A stretch of DNA of 32,000 bases from Wigglesworthia glossinidia endosymbiont of Glossina morsitans morsitans (Yale colony). Its GTDB lineage: Bacteria; Pseudomonadota; Gammaproteobacteria; Enterobacterales; Enterobacteriaceae. Positions 1 through 10,153 of this stretch are shown here, piece after piece (positions within the stretch are counted from its first letter, which is position 1; the number at the start of each line of letters is the position of its first letter). The DNA lies in NCBI RefSeq assembly GCF_000247565.1, contig NC_016893.1, forward strand, positions 30,001 through 62,000. The letters run 5' to 3'. The notes under the pieces are model-generated. The model was not told the DNA's origin, searched no databases, and was given only the letters and a program-made list of their open reading frames with translations. The translations under genes were made by a program, and so were the position numbers.

Positions 1-340
1 TAACATTAAATTTTTTTAAAATTCCTTTATGGCTTAATTTGACTGCACAATTTAGTGCAATCTGACCTCCCATAGTTGGCAAAATTGCATCAGGACGTTC
101 TTTTTGAATAATTTTTTCTATAATATTTATTTCGATAGGCTCTACATAAGTTGCATCTGCTATGTTTGGGTCTGTCATAATAGTTGCAGGATTAGAATTA
201 ATTAAAATTACTCGATACCCTTCAGATTTTAATGCTCTACATGCTTGAGTGCCAGAATAATCAAATTCACATGCTTGTCCGATAATAATAGGACCTGAAC
301 CTATAATTAAAATGCTTTTTATATCTTTACGTTTTGGCAT
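1..340 (-). CDS. carB: Carbamoyl-phosphate synthase large subunit, N-terminal part (the gene continues beyond the window start)
   Basis: The reverse-strand ATG at 340-338 opens [58 protein letters not shown]..., nearly identical to the E. coli CarB N-terminus. It starts 1 nt after the carA stop, matching dapB-carA-carB synteny. It is not in the ORF track because it runs off the window. Confidence 0.93.
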   Translation of the reverse strand, partial: MPKRKDIKSILIIGSGPIIIGQACEFDYSGTQACRALKSEGYRVILINSNPATIMTDPNIADATYVEPIEINIIEKIIQKERPDAILPTMGGQIALNCAVKLSHKGILKKFNV

Positions 341-341
341 T

Positions 342-1478
342 TTAATTTCCTATTTTTGCATGTAAATTTTTTTCGATTAAATCAATAAATTTTTTAAATA
401 AAAATAATGCATCTTGTGGTCCAGGGCCAGATTCTGGATGTCCTTGAAAGCTGAACACTGGTTTATTAATAAACTGAATGCCTTGCAATGTTCCATCAAA
501 CATAGAAATATGAGTAATCATCATATTTTTCGATAATGTTTTCGGATCAACAGCAAAATCATGATTTTGAGAAGTAATAATAATTTTATTTTTTTTTAGA
601 TCCTTTACAGGATGATTAGTGCCATGATGTCCAAATTTCATTTTAAATATTTTTGCTCCTTCAGAAAGAGCTAATAATTGATGTCCTAAACATATTCCTA
701 ATATTGGAATATTACTTTTAAGTAATTTTTGAATATTATTGATAATATACTTATATTCTTCTGGATTTCCGGGACCATTAGATAATAAAATCCCGTCTGG
801 ATGCAAAGAAAAAACATCTTTAGCTTTAGTATATGCAGGAACTACCGTAATACGGCAATTTAAATTATCTAATTGTTTTAAAATACTATTTTTAATACCA
901 AAATCGTATGCTACGATATGATAAAAAAATTTTTGTGTAAATTTTTTATTTTTGATATATTTTGTTTTATTTTTCCAGACATATTTTTTTTTTGTAGTAA
1001 CTTGATTTGCCAAATCGAAAGTTTGATTTTTTAAAAAATTTTTTATTTTTATTTTAACAGATTGTACGGTAATATTTTCTTGCGATGAAATGCAACCAAC
1101 AAACTGCTTGCCCGTCGTTCTAATCAACCTAGTAAGCTTTCTTGTATCGATACCGCTAATACCAACAACGTTGTGCGCTGTAAGAAATTGAGATAATGTT
1201 AATTTATTACGTAAATTACTAATAATAGACGAATCTTGACATATAATAATTGCTTTTACTTGAATACACGAAGACTCGTTATCATCTCGAGTGATTCCGA
1301 CATTTCCAATATGCGGATAAGTAAATGTCACAATTTGATTAAAATAAGATGGATCTGTTATAACTTCTTGATAACCCATCATAGATGTATTAAAAATAAT
1401 TTCTCCAATAGCTATTTTATCTGATCCAATACTTTTACCATAAAATTGCATACCATTTTCTAATGTTAATAAGGCCAT
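342..1478 (-). CDS. carA: Carbamoyl-phosphate synthase small (glutamine amidotransferase) subunit
   Basis: The 378-aa ORF is collinear with E. coli CarA (FNTSMxGYQExx[15 protein letters not shown] catalytic Cys, FQGHPE). It sits immediately upstream of carB. Confidence 0.96.
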   Translation of the reverse strand: MALLTLENGMQFYGKSIGSDKIAIGEIIFNTSMMGYQEVITDPSYFNQIVTFTYPHIGNVGITRDDNESSCIQVKAIIICQDSSIISNLRNKLTLSQFLTAHNVVGISGIDTRKLTRLIRTTGKQFVGCISSQENITVQSVKIKIKNFLKNQTFDLANQVTTKKKYVWKNKTKYIKNKKFTQKFFYHIVAYDFGIKNSILKQLDNLNCRITVVPAYTKAKDVFSLHPDGILLSNGPGNPEEYKYIINNIQKLLKSNIPILGICLGHQLLALSEGAKIFKMKFGHHGTNHPVKDLKKNKIIITSQNHDFAVDPKTLSKNMMITHISMFDGTLQGIQFINKPVFSFQGHPESGPGPQDALFLFKKFIDLIEKNLHAKIGN

Positions 1479-1525
1479 TTATAAACATTTTCTCCATAAT
1501 TTATAATAAAAATTGTTAAAATATA

Positions 1526-2314
1526 TTATTTCAATTTACTTTTTGTTAAAATATGATTCATGTTAAATAAACCAGATTTTTTTTGATATAACCATATTGC
1601 AGATTGAATTGCTCCTAAAGAAAAAATGTTTCTATCATACGCATGATGTGTAATTTCTATACTTTCCCCTAGAAAAGATAGAATAATTTTATGTTCTCCA
1701 ACTATATTTCCAGATCTAATAGAAGAAACTTTAATTTTACTACTTTGATAATTTCGAAAATTTCTTTTAATGCAATTACATATTTCAATAGCAGTTGACG
1801 ATGGAATATCAGATTTTTTTCTATGATGCATTTCTATAACATCAATATCAAAATTGTTAATATGAATAACATGAAAAATTTTTTTCAATAAGTTTAATAC
1901 AATATTCATTCCATAACTAAAATTAGAAGAAAAAAATATTGCTATTTTTTTCGACATTTCTTTAATAATTTTTTTTTGTTTTTTATTAAATCCTGTAGTA
2001 CCAATAACTATGTTTTTTTTATTTTTGTAGCAAAAATCTAAATATTCTAAACTAGATTGAGGAGATGTAAAATCAATTAGTATGTCAAATTTGTTTTCTA
2101 TTTTTTCAATGTTATCTTGGGTTAAAATTCCGATTGGATGAATGTTTGCTAATAATCCTATATCTTGATGTACCAATGGTGATTGTTTTCTTACTAATGC
2201 AGCAGTATGTATAATTTGCGGAAAATTTAATGCTGTTCGTGTTATTTGTGATCCCATTTTTCCGTTTGCACCAGTAGTAGCAATACGAATACAAGAGATT
2301 TTGCTAGTTTGCAT
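1526..2314 (-). CDS. dapB: 4-hydroxy-tetrahydrodipicolinate reductase
   Basis: The 262-aa ORF has the N-terminal Rossmann motif GANGKMG, the E(M)HHRxKxDxPSGTA-like EMHHRKKSDIPSSTA and a C-terminal HHAYDR. Synteny with carAB matches E. coli. Confidence 0.94.
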   Translation of the reverse strand: MQTSKISCIRIATTGANGKMGSQITRTALNFPQIIHTAALVRKQSPLVHQDIGLLANIHPIGILTQDNIEKIENKFDILIDFTSPQSSLEYLDFCYKNKKNIVIGTTGFNKKQKKIIKEMSKKIAIFFSSNFSYGMNIVLNLLKKIFHVIHINNFDIDVIEMHHRKKSDIPSSTAIEICNCIKRNFRNYQSSKIKVSSIRSGNIVGEHKIILSFLGESIEITHHAYDRNIFSLGAIQSAIWLYQKKSGLFNMNHILTKSKLK

Positions 2315-2680
2315 ATAAATAGATATTAATTTTCATATAGAATATAAATTTAATATTTTTTTGTATCACAAAAATTGTTTAAATTAAATTTAAATCTATT
2401 AGCTATAAGTTGATAATTTATATTTTAACAAAAAATTCAAAAAATTTACCTAAAATAATTTATTATATATTTTCAATATATTCCATGTTATTTTGATTAT
2501 ATTTTATATGTATTATTTTTTAAAAAAAATACTTATATAATATAATTTCTTATTTTCAGAATTTAATATTAATCGTTTTAAAAAAATATATATAAAAAAC
2601 ATATTAATTCTACTATAAAAGTGATGCTTTAGATATTTTGTTCATTTAAAAATTTAAAATTTTTATTTTAAGAGTACATT

Positions 2681-3757
2681 ATGAATTTTCGTATACTTTT
2701 TAATTCTTCCATAAAGATATCGTTGAATATAATATTTATTGTATTAATATTATTTGGATGCTTATTTATTTTAAAACCTTTTATTTTAAGTTTCTTATGG
2801 GCTTCCATGATTGTAATTTCTACTTGGCCTATTTTTATTAAGTTAAAAAAAATTTTATGGAACTCGTATTTTTTATCGGTTTTATCAATGATATTTTTTT
2901 TATTATTTTTTTTTATTTTGCCTGTTTTTATCGTAATTATTGCAGTATTTAATAATTTTCCAAAAATAATTTCTTGGATTTCTAATGCAGATATTTATAT
3001 GCTTTCAAATTTATTTTGGATGAAAAATATTCCAATAGTTGGTGAAAAATTGTTTATTTTCAGTAAAGAATTTTTCTCCGAAAAAAATTTTTTTTTAACT
3101 ACTAAATTGCAACCATATGTAGGGGAATTGACTAAATGGATATTTCATCATATCATGAGTCTAGGAAATTTATTAATCAATAGTATTTTAACTATTGTAT
3201 TTAGTACATTTTTATATATACGCGGAAATCATATTAAAAAAGCTATTAAAATTTTTGGAAAATATGTTGATGCTAAAAAAAGCGAAAAAATAATTCTTTT
3301 GACCGTAAAATCTATAAGAGCCGTTGCAATTAGTATTGTACTTGCTTCTGTTATACAAACATTTTTAAGTGCCGTGGGATTAATTCTTATTAATGCTCCT
3401 GTTATGTCAATTTTAATAATTTTGATATTTATTTTTTCTATTGCTCAATTAGGAGCCCTTCCAGTATTAATTCCAATAGTAATTTGGTTATATCTTGTGG
3501 AAGATAATATTACAGGAACAATTTTGCTGGTTTGGTCTATTTTAGTGTCTGTTTTGGATAATATTTTACGTCCTATTTTTATCCAAATTATTGGAATGAA
3601 AATTCCTATTTTATTAGTTTTATGTGGTGTATTTGGTGGATTATTATCATTTGGAATAATTGGAATTTTTCTTGGACCAGTAATATTAATAATTTCTTGG
3701 CATTTATTTTTTAATTTAATACCTATCTTTTATATTACGAAAAAACGTATTAATTAA
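2681..3757 (+). CDS. ydiK: AI-2E family (UPF0118, PerM/YdiK-like) inner-membrane transporter
   Basis: The 358-aa polytopic membrane ORF is collinear with my recollection of E. coli YdiK (PFILSFLWASMIVISTWP, LDNILRPIFIQ, GGLLSFGIIGIFLGPVIL). The family assignment is solid. The exact paralogue assignment is less certain. Confidence 0.8.
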   Translation: MNFRILFNSSIKISLNIIFIVLILFGCLFILKPFILSFLWASMIVISTWPIFIKLKKILWNSYFLSVLSMIFFLLFFFILPVFIVIIAVFNNFPKIISWISNADIYMLSNLFWMKNIPIVGEKLFIFSKEFFSEKNFFLTTKLQPYVGELTKWIFHHIMSLGNLLINSILTIVFSTFLYIRGNHIKKAIKIFGKYVDAKKSEKIILLTVKSIRAVAISIVLASVIQTFLSAVGLILINAPVMSILIILIFIFSIAQLGALPVLIPIVIWLYLVEDNITGTILLVWSILVSVLDNILRPIFIQIIGMKIPILLVLCGVFGGLLSFGIIGIFLGPVILIISWHLFFNLIPIFYITKKRIN

Positions 3758-3817
3758 AGTGCTAAATATAATTATTTATTAAACTTTTTAAAAAAATTAA
3801 ATGAACTTTATTAAGTT

Positions 3818-4405
3818 ATGCAAAAACTATTAATTATTGATAATTACGATTCTTTTACATGGAATTTATATCAATATTTTTCTGCAATGCGCACACACGT
3901 AATAGTTAAAAAAAATGATGAAATCAGTATTTTAGAAATTGAAAAAATGTCGCCAGATAAAATTATTATTTCTCCCGGACCAGGTACTCCAGAGAACTCA
4001 GGAATATCATTGTCTTTAATACTAAATTTTTACAAAAAAATTCCAATATTTGGAGTATGTCTCGGACATCAAGCAATTGCATTAGCTTTTGGCGCAAAAA
4101 TTATTCGTGCAAATAAAATTATGCATGGTAAAAAATCATTAATTATTCATAATAACAAAAACTTATTTCACAATTTAAAAAATCCATTATATGTCGTACG
4201 TTACCATTCTTTAATCATTCAAAGTAATACTTTACCTGATCATTTTATAATAAATGCAAAAAATTATTTATCTCATAAAAATGATCAATATGAAATAATG
4301 GCTATTAAACATAAACAGTTTCCTTTGTATGGAGTACAATTTCATCCAGAAAGTATTTTAAGTGATATGGGTTTTGAATTACTTTATAATTTTGTGAAAA
4401 ATTAA
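3818..4405 (+). CDS. pabA: Aminodeoxychorismate/anthranilate synthase glutamine amidotransferase component II
   Basis: The 195-aa ORF has IDNYDSFTWNLYQYF, GPGTP, the GVCLGHQA catalytic Cys and a QFHPES triad, typical of PabA/TrpG. It is stand-alone with no trpE/trpD fusion, which favours pabA. Confidence 0.88.
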   Translation: MQKLLIIDNYDSFTWNLYQYFSAMRTHVIVKKNDEISILEIEKMSPDKIIISPGPGTPENSGISLSLILNFYKKIPIFGVCLGHQAIALAFGAKIIRANKIMHGKKSLIIHNNKNLFHNLKNPLYVVRYHSLIIQSNTLPDHFIINAKNYLSHKNDQYEIMAIKHKQFPLYGVQFHPESILSDMGFELLYNFVKN

Positions 4406-5099
4406 AAATAAATAATTTTTCAAAAAAATATCAGAAATGTTAATAAAAAAATATATAAGATTGTTCAAAATTATCATTCTATTAAAAATTGAAAATAAAA
4501 TTATATTTTACATAAAAAATATATTTTTCATATAAAATATTGTTATTTTTTTTAAGTAAAAAAAATTTATATTTATAAAATTTTTTTAATTTAATTCAAA
4601 AAAAAAAATTAATATATATTTAATATATTATGATTATAAACAAAAAATTAATAATTTTAGTATATTAAAAAAATAAATTTTAATTTTTTTTAAAAGTTTT
4701 TTAATATTTTCATTTTTTAAATCAAAAAAAATTTTAATTTTTTAAAATTTAATTAATTTAAATAAGAATATTTTATTTTTTTAAATATTTATAATTTTTT
4801 TTATTTTAAATTAATGAATTATATTTAATATAATAATTTTAATAAAATTTATATTTATAACAATTTTTTTAACATAATGAATATTATGTATTAATTTTTA
4901 TTAAATTAGTTTTTATAGATTTTAATTTTATATTAAAATATGTTTAAAATTAAATTAAAAAACATTATAAATTTTTCAATAAAAAAGAATATAAATTATA
5001 ATTAAAAAAACAAACTTAATAAAATTTTAAGAAAAACTAAAAAATTACGCTTATTTTTAGAGTATAAAAAATATTTTGGTTAAATATTTTTGTTATCAC

Positions 5100-5128
5100 T
5101 TGACACTTGAATATATCACACATAATAT
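5100..5128 (+). promoter_or_regulatory. Candidate sigma70 promoter of the str operon (TTGACA-N17-TAATAT)
   Basis: A perfect -35 TTGACA lies at 5100-5105, followed by an exact 17-nt spacer and a -10 TAATAT at 5123-5128. It is about 118 nt upstream of the rpsL ATG. G/C-containing -35 hexamers are rare in this A/T desert. Confidence 0.55.
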
Positions 5129-5245
5129 AAAATTATATTTGTTTTTAAATGTTTAAAAAAGTCGATATTTAGCTAAAAACATTGATAAAAATTAAAAATT
5201 ATATTTGATAATGTATAAAAATTATTGATAAGGAACAATACAAAT

Positions 5246-5620
5246 ATGGTAACAATTAACCAACTAGTGCGTAAGTCTCGTGCTATAAAAGTTTCAAAAA
5301 CTAATGTGCCAGCTTTAGGAGGTTGTCCTCAAAAAAGAGGAGTATGCACTAGAGTATATACTACAACTCCAAAAAAACCAAATTCGGCATTACGTAAGGT
5401 ATGTCGTGTAAGATTAACCAATGGTTTTGAAGTCACTGCTTACGTCGGAGGCGAAGGACATAATTTGCAAGAACATTCTGTCGTATTAATTCGAGGCGGC
5501 CGAGTAAAAGATCTTCCAGGAGTACGATATCATACAATTCGTGGTGCTTTAGATTGTGCCGGAGTAAAAGATCGCAAGACAAGTCGTTCTAAATATGGAA
5601 TGAAAAAAAATAAAACATAA
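5246..5620 (+). CDS. rpsL: 30S ribosomal protein S12
   Basis: From the ATG at 5246 the product [16 protein letters not shown]...[20 protein letters not shown] is 124 aa and collinear with E. coli S12. AAGGAA lies about 10 nt upstream. The ORF-track start at 5225 is a TTG that adds 7 non-homologous residues. Confidence 0.96.
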   Translation: MVTINQLVRKSRAIKVSKTNVPALGGCPQKRGVCTRVYTTTPKKPNSALRKVCRVRLTNGFEVTAYVGGEGHNLQEHSVVLIRGGRVKDLPGVRYHTIRGALDCAGVKDRKTSRSKYGMKKNKT

Positions 5621-5691
5621 AAAAACATATATAAATTTTAATTAACATATATAACTATATAAATTTTCAATATATTAAAATCGGAGTCGAA

Positions 5692-6162
5692 ATGTCTCGA
5701 CGTCGCGTTAAAAACTACAAACAAATTCTTCTAGATTCTAAATTAAAACCAGAATTATTATCAAAATTTATTAATATTTTAATGATGAATGGTAAAAAAT
5801 CGATTGCAGAAAAAATTACTTATTCTGCGCTAATTTCTTTAGAAAAAAAATTAAATAAGGATTACTTAACAATATTTGATTTAGCTCTGGAAAAAGTACG
5901 TCCTATCATTGAAGTAAAATCCAGAAGAGTAGGAGGATCTACTTATCAAGTACCTATTGAAGTAAGATCTGCTCGTAGAAATACATTAGCAATGAGATGG
6001 ATTATAGAAGCTGCTCGTAAAAGAAAAGATCATTCTATGTCTATACGTTTAAAAAATGAATTATCAGATGCTTTAGAAAATAAAGGAGCCGCGGTGAAAA
6101 AAAAAGAAGAAGTGCATCGTATGGCTGAAGCAAATAAAGCTTTCGCGCATTATCGATGGTAA
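5692..6162 (+). CDS. rpsG: 30S ribosomal protein S7
   Basis: The 156-aa ORF MSRRRV...GKKSIAEKI...[15 protein letters not shown]...[11 protein letters not shown] is a full-length S7. It has the str operon position. Confidence 0.96.
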   Translation: MSRRRVKNYKQILLDSKLKPELLSKFINILMMNGKKSIAEKITYSALISLEKKLNKDYLTIFDLALEKVRPIIEVKSRRVGGSTYQVPIEVRSARRNTLAMRWIIEAARKRKDHSMSIRLKNELSDALENKGAAVKKKEEVHRMAEANKAFAHYRW

Positions 6163-6203
6163 TAAAATATTTTAATGATATATTTTATAGTATGAAGGAA
6201 AAC

Positions 6204-8327
6204 ATGAACCATTTAACACCAATAGAAAATTATAGAAACATCGGAATCAGCGCACATATAGACGCTGGAAAAACTACTACTACAGAACGCATACTATTTT
6301 ATACTGGAGTCAATCATAAAATAGGAGAAGTACATCATGGATCCGCTACTATGGACTGGATGATACAAGAACAAGAACGTGGAATTACTATTACTTCGGC
6401 AGCAACAACTTGTTTTTGGTCAGGAATGAAAAATCAATTCAACTTACATCGTATTAATATTATCGATACTCCAGGTCATGTTGACTTTACTATAGAAGTA
6501 GAACGTTCAATGCGCGTTTTAGATGGAGCAATCATGGTATACTGCGCAGTAGGAGGGGTACAGCCTCAGTCTGAAACAGTATGGAGACAAGCTAATAAAT
6601 ATAATGTGCCAAGAATTGCATTTATTAATAAAATGGATCGTGTTGGAGCAAATTATTTCAATGTTATTCATCAACTAAAATATAAATTATCTGCTAATCC
6701 TATACCAATTCATTTACCAATTGGAAATGAACAAAATTTTTCTGGAATAATAGACTTAATTAAAATGCAAGCAATTTATTGGAATACCTTAGATCAAGGT
6801 GTAACCTGTTTTTATAAAGATATTCCAAGTGAATTAAATGCACTATCAAAAAAATGGCATCAAAACTTGATCGAAGCTGCTGTAGAAAATTCAGAAACTT
6901 TAACAGAAAAATATTTAAATGATCATTTAACAAAAAAAGACATAAAAAAAGGATTAAGATCACGTGTTTTAAAAAATGAAATTGTACTCGTTACATGCGG
7001 ATCAGCTTTTAAGAATAAAGGGATACAATCAATGTTAGATGCGGTAATTGAATATTTGCCATCACCACTTGATATAAGCTTTAATAAAATAAATAATAAT
7101 ATTGAAAACATAAATCAAAAAAAAACAGAAAAGACTAGTGCACCATTTTCTGCATTAGCATTTAAAATTGCCAACGATCCATTTGTAGGAAATTTAACGT
7201 TTTTTCGAGTTTATTCAGGAAAAATAGAATCTGGAGATACAGTATACAATTCCGTAAAAAATAAATATGAAAGATTTGGACGTATTGTACAGATGCATGC
7301 TAATAAAAGAGAAGAAATTAAAGAAGTTAGATCAGGCGATATTGCTGCAGCTATTGGCTTAAAAGATGTTACTACAGGAGATACGTTATGTCATCCAGAT
7401 CATCCTGTTATTTTAGAAAAAATGGAATTTCCAGATCCCGTAATTTCTATTGCTGTTGAACCAAAAACTAAATCAGATCAAGAAAAAATGAGTATAGCAT
7501 TAAGTAGATTAGCAAAAGAAGATCCATCATTTCATGTACATAGCGATAACGAATCTGGTCAGACTATTATTTCTGGAATGGGTGAATTACATCTCGAAAT
7601 TCTTATAGATCGCATGTATCGAGAATTTAATGTGAAAGCAAATATCGGTAAACCTCAAGTAGCTTATAGAGAAACTATTCAAGAAATTATTGAAGAAGAA
7701 GGCAAATTTATTCGACAATCTGGAGGTAGAGGACAATTTGGACATGTTTGGTTACGTATAGAACCAAAAAATAAAAATTTAAAAAACGAAAAAAATAAAA
7801 ATAATTATACTTTTATTAATAAAATTGCAGGAGGAGTAATTCCAAAAGAATATATTCCGGCAATTGACAAAGGAATTCAAGAACAATTAAATAACGGAGT
7901 TTTAGCAGGATATCCAATTGTAAACATTTGTGTAACTGTATTTGATGGGTCATATCATGAAGTTGATTCTTCAGAAATAGCATTTAAAATTGCAGCTTCT
8001 ATAGCTTTTAAAAATGCCTTTATGCAAGCAAAACCAATTTTGCTCGAACCTATTATGAAAGTAGAAGTAGAGACTCCACATGAATACATGGGAGATGTAA
8101 TTGGAGATTTAAGTCGTAGAAGAGGAATAATAGAAGGCATGCAAGACATAAGTAATTTAATCAAAATAATTACCGCACAAGTTCCATTATCTGAAATGTT
8201 CGGATATGCTACAGATTTACGTTCAAAAACTCAGGGTCGAGCTTCATATTCAATGGAATTTTTAAAATATAAAAAAATTCCTCAACATATTACAGAAAAA
8301 ATTGTTAATTCAAAAATTATAAAATAA
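6204..8327 (+). CDS. fusA: Elongation factor G
   Basis: [35 protein letters not shown]... aligns residue for residue with the E. coli EF-G N-terminus. AAGGAA lies 3 nt upstream of the ATG at 6204. The ORF-track start at 6156 adds a non-homologous extension that overlaps rpsG. Confidence 0.96.
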   Translation: MNHLTPIENYRNIGISAHIDAGKTTTTERILFYTGVNHKIGEVHHGSATMDWMIQEQERGITITSAATTCFWSGMKNQFNLHRINIIDTPGHVDFTIEVERSMRVLDGAIMVYCAVGGVQPQSETVWRQANKYNVPRIAFINKMDRVGANYFNVIHQLKYKLSANPIPIHLPIGNEQNFSGIIDLIKMQAIYWNTLDQGVTCFYKDIPSELNALSKKWHQNLIEAAVENSETLTEKYLNDHLTKKDIKKGLRSRVLKNEIVLVTCGSAFKNKGIQSMLDAVIEYLPSPLDISFNKINNNIENINQKKTEKTSAPFSALAFKIANDPFVGNLTFFRVYSGKIESGDTVYNSVKNKYERFGRIVQMHANKREEIKEVRSGDIAAAIGLKDVTTGDTLCHPDHPVILEKMEFPDPVISIAVEPKTKSDQEKMSIALSRLAKEDPSFHVHSDNESGQTIISGMGELHLEILIDRMYREFNVKANIGKPQVAYRETIQEIIEEEGKFIRQSGGRGQFGHVWLRIEPKNKNLKNEKNKNNYTFINKIAGGVIPKEYIPAIDKGIQEQLNNGVLAGYPIVNICVTVFDGSYHEVDSSEIAFKIAASIAFKNAFMQAKPILLEPIMKVEVETPHEYMGDVIGDLSRRRGIIEGMQDISNLIKIITAQVPLSEMFGYATDLRSKTQGRASYSMEFLKYKKIPQHITEKIVNSKIIK

Positions 8328-8534
8328 TCATACAATTTTTGATTTTATATTAAATTTTATTAAGAATATAAATTAATTAATAAAAATTAAATTTTATTTT
8401 TATTATAAAATTTATTTTTTTTATTTTTATTAAAATAGATTTTTTTATGTCTATAAAATATAGTTTATATTTTAAATATAAAATTATCTTATTAAGATTA
8501 ATAAAAATTTTTTATTTTTTTGAATAAAAAAATA

Positions 8535-8563
8535 TTGACGTATTTAAATTAAAACAGTAATAT
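8535..8563 (+). promoter_or_regulatory. Candidate distal sigma70 promoter in the fusA-flhD spacer (TTGACG-N17-TAATAT)
   Basis: The -35 TTGACG is at 8535-8540, followed by a 17-nt spacer and a -10 TAATAT at 8558-8563. It would give a leader of roughly 560 nt to flhD. Chance matches are plausible in A/T-rich DNA. Confidence 0.3.
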
Positions 8564-8949
8564 TTCCCACCATTCATTTAAAAAAAATAAATACAAAAAA
8601 TTTTGTTACAAATAAACTATAGACAAAAGTATCATTTTTAAATTAGAATCATTAAAATTGTGATTTTCAAATAACTTTTAAAAAAATTAATTTTGTTATA
8701 TATTTAAAATAAAATATCAATTAAAAAATAATAAAAAATAAAGAATCATTAATTTTAGATAAATTAAAATAACTATTTATCAATACGATTTAAAATTTAA
8801 AAAAAATTAGAAATTAAAAATTTATTAGAGATAAAATTAAAGATATAAAAAGAATTTATATTCAATTAAAAAAAGAACATTTTTTATTTTATTTAAAATA
8901 AAATAAATCTCAATTTATTCCAATGAACATGAAATAATAGATTAATATT

Positions 8950-8978
8950 TTGATATTCAGGAACGAGAACATTATATT
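8950..8978 (+). promoter_or_regulatory. Candidate proximal sigma70 promoter for flhDC (TTGATA-N17-TATATT)
   Basis: The -35 TTGATA is at 8950-8955, followed by a 17-nt relatively G/C-containing spacer (ttcaggaacgagaacat) and a -10 TATATT at 8973-8978. The leader would be about 145 nt, comparable to the long E. coli flhDC leader. Confidence 0.35.
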
Positions 8979-9129
8979 TTTAAAAAAATAGTTTTTAATA
9001 TTGAAAACAAAAACTTAACTTCTTAAGTTTATAAAATGAGCTCAATTATCAAAATTTTAATTTAGTAAATTAATTAATTAAGAGTTTATTTAAAATCTTT
9101 CTTCGCTAGAAAAACAAGGATGCATACAA

Positions 9130-9474
9130 ATGAGTAATGATAATATTCTAAAGAATATACACGAAATAAATTTATCTTATCTTTTGCTTGCTCAAGAAAT
9201 AATCAAACAAGATAAAAAAATAGCAAGCTTTCGCCTTGGTGTATGTGAAGAAACACTAGATAAGATATCAGAACTTTCTTTATCTGAATTAATTAAATTA
9301 GGCGCAACTAATCAATTAATCTGTTTACTAAGATTAGATGATAAAAAAGTGATTAATTGCTTAACACGTGAATCTAGAGTAGACGAATTACAGCAAGTAC
9401 ACACCGGTATTATGTTATCCACGCAATTGCTAAAATCATATCATGCGCGTTCTATTCCTTTACTCAAGGAGTAA
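9130..9474 (+). CDS. flhD: Flagellar master regulator subunit FlhD
   Basis: The 114-aa ORF is collinear from residue 1 with E. coli FlhD ([15 protein letters not shown]->[19 protein letters not shown]). The AAGGA SD lies 9 nt upstream. Confidence 0.95.
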   Translation: MSNDNILKNIHEINLSYLLLAQEIIKQDKKIASFRLGVCEETLDKISELSLSELIKLGATNQLICLLRLDDKKVINCLTRESRVDELQQVHTGIMLSTQLLKSYHARSIPLLKE

Positions 9475-9479
9475 TTATT

Positions 9480-10034
9480 ATGTATAGAAAAAGTATTATG
9501 CAAGAATCAAAAGACATACAATTAGCTACAGAACTTATTTCGTTAGGAGCACGACTACCTATACTTGAAAATGAAACATGTTTAAGTCGCAGTAGATTGC
9601 TTAAATTATATAAAGAAGTACAAGGATCTCCTGCTCCAAAAGGCTTGCTTCCATTTTCTGCAGACTGGTTTTTATCCTGGGAACAAAACATTCATTCCTC
9701 AGCTTTTTATAATGCTTATTTATGCTTGATACGTACAGGAAACATTTCAAATATAGAAGCAATGGTAAAAGCTTATCGTTTATATTTAGAATTGTGTCCA
9801 AGATCCCAAAACGGGAAACCAGTGCTGGGATTAACTAGAGCTTGGATATTATTACGTTTTATTGATAGTCAATTATTAGGGCAAACTAAGTGTACTAAAT
9901 GTAGCGGCGCATTTATTACATATGCATTTCATCCAAAAAAAATTTTTATTTGCAGTTTTTGTCATCCACCATCAAGAGCGGTAAAAAAACGTAAACTTTC
10001 TAATGTTACAGCCGATAATCGCGTATGCCTTTAA
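9480..10034 (+). CDS. flhC: Flagellar master regulator subunit FlhC
   Basis: The 184-aa ORF contains [30 protein letters not shown] and LTRAW. The zinc-site cysteines are conserved as CTKC...CSFC, followed by [11 protein letters not shown]. The AGGAG SD lies in the flhD 3' end. Confidence 0.95.
   Translation: MYRKSIMQESKDIQLATELISLGARLPILENETCLSRSRLLKLYKEVQGSPAPKGLLPFSADWFLSWEQNIHSSAFYNAYLCLIRTGNISNIEAMVKAYRLYLELCPRSQNGKPVLGLTRAWILLRFIDSQLLGQTKCTKCSGAFITYAFHPKKIFICSFCHPPSRAVKKRKLSNVTADNRVCL
9992..10018 (+). promoter_or_regulatory. Sigma28 (FliA) class 3 promoter for motAB, embedded in the flhC 3' end
   Basis: TAAACTTT (9992-9999), N11, then GCCGATAA (10011-10018) matches the consensus TAAAGTTT-N11-GCCGATAA at 15/16 positions. 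GCCGATAA is expected well under once per window at this base composition. It lies 136 nt upstream of the motA start, where enterobacteria place the mot operon class 3 promoter. Confidence 0.7.
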
Positions 10035-10153
10035 AACAAATTAAAATATAAAATGTTTAAAAAGTTCAGTGTTTTAATATTGTTTAAATAAATTTTCAAA
10101 ATTTATTCTAAAACTCACAAATTTTAATATTCATTATTTTTTAAGGGATCATT

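Noticed and set aside
739-921. Short ORFs on the opposite strand or in alternative frames inside well-supported genes. The coordinates are 739-921+, 1236-1424+, 2112-2294-, 6760-6963-, 6923-7111-, 7955-8164-, 9464-9691-, 9601-9801-, 12332-12616-, 13536-13724-, 16442-16648+, 17661-17930-, 19780-19986+, 21518-21766-, 22375-22569- and 25917-26105-.
   Set aside because: Each lies wholly within a gene that has strong orthologue-level similarity on the other strand or frame. Their translations are low-complexity with no recognisable family. Long spurious ORFs of 60-90 codons do occur antisense to real genes.
5225-5245. Upstream TTG start for rpsL (5225), and likewise the ATG at 6156 for fusA.
   Set aside because: Alignment to E. 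coli S12 and EF-G fixes the N-termini at 5246 and 6204. Both have AAGGAA-type ribosome-binding sites, and the extensions have no homology.
5621-5691. A near-repeat ATATAAATTTT (twice) in the rpsL-rpsG intercistronic region, considered as an S7 autoregulatory structure.
   Set aside because: The repeat is A/T-only and direct, not a stem-forming inverted repeat. I cannot support a conserved S7 binding fold from the sequence alone.
7761-7814. A Lys/Asn-rich stretch in EF-G ([18 protein letters not shown]) that is slightly longer than the corresponding E. coli loop.
   Set aside because: It lies in a variable surface loop. The composition is what A/T mutational bias produces (AAA/AAT codons). There is no evidence of functional novelty.
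8328-9129. Possible degraded tufA remnant downstream of fusA.
   Set aside because: I could not recognise any EF-Tu-like peptide (for example GHVDHGKTT) in any frame by eye. The region is nearly pure A/T. Only a sensitive alignment could reveal a remnant, so none is claimed.
9120-9137. An upstream ATG at 9120 encoding M-H-T, the same first three residues as E. coli FlhD.
   Set aside because: It is out of frame with flhD and hits a stop after 5 codons. The ATG at 9130 aligns residue for residue with E. coli FlhD, so this is a coincidence.
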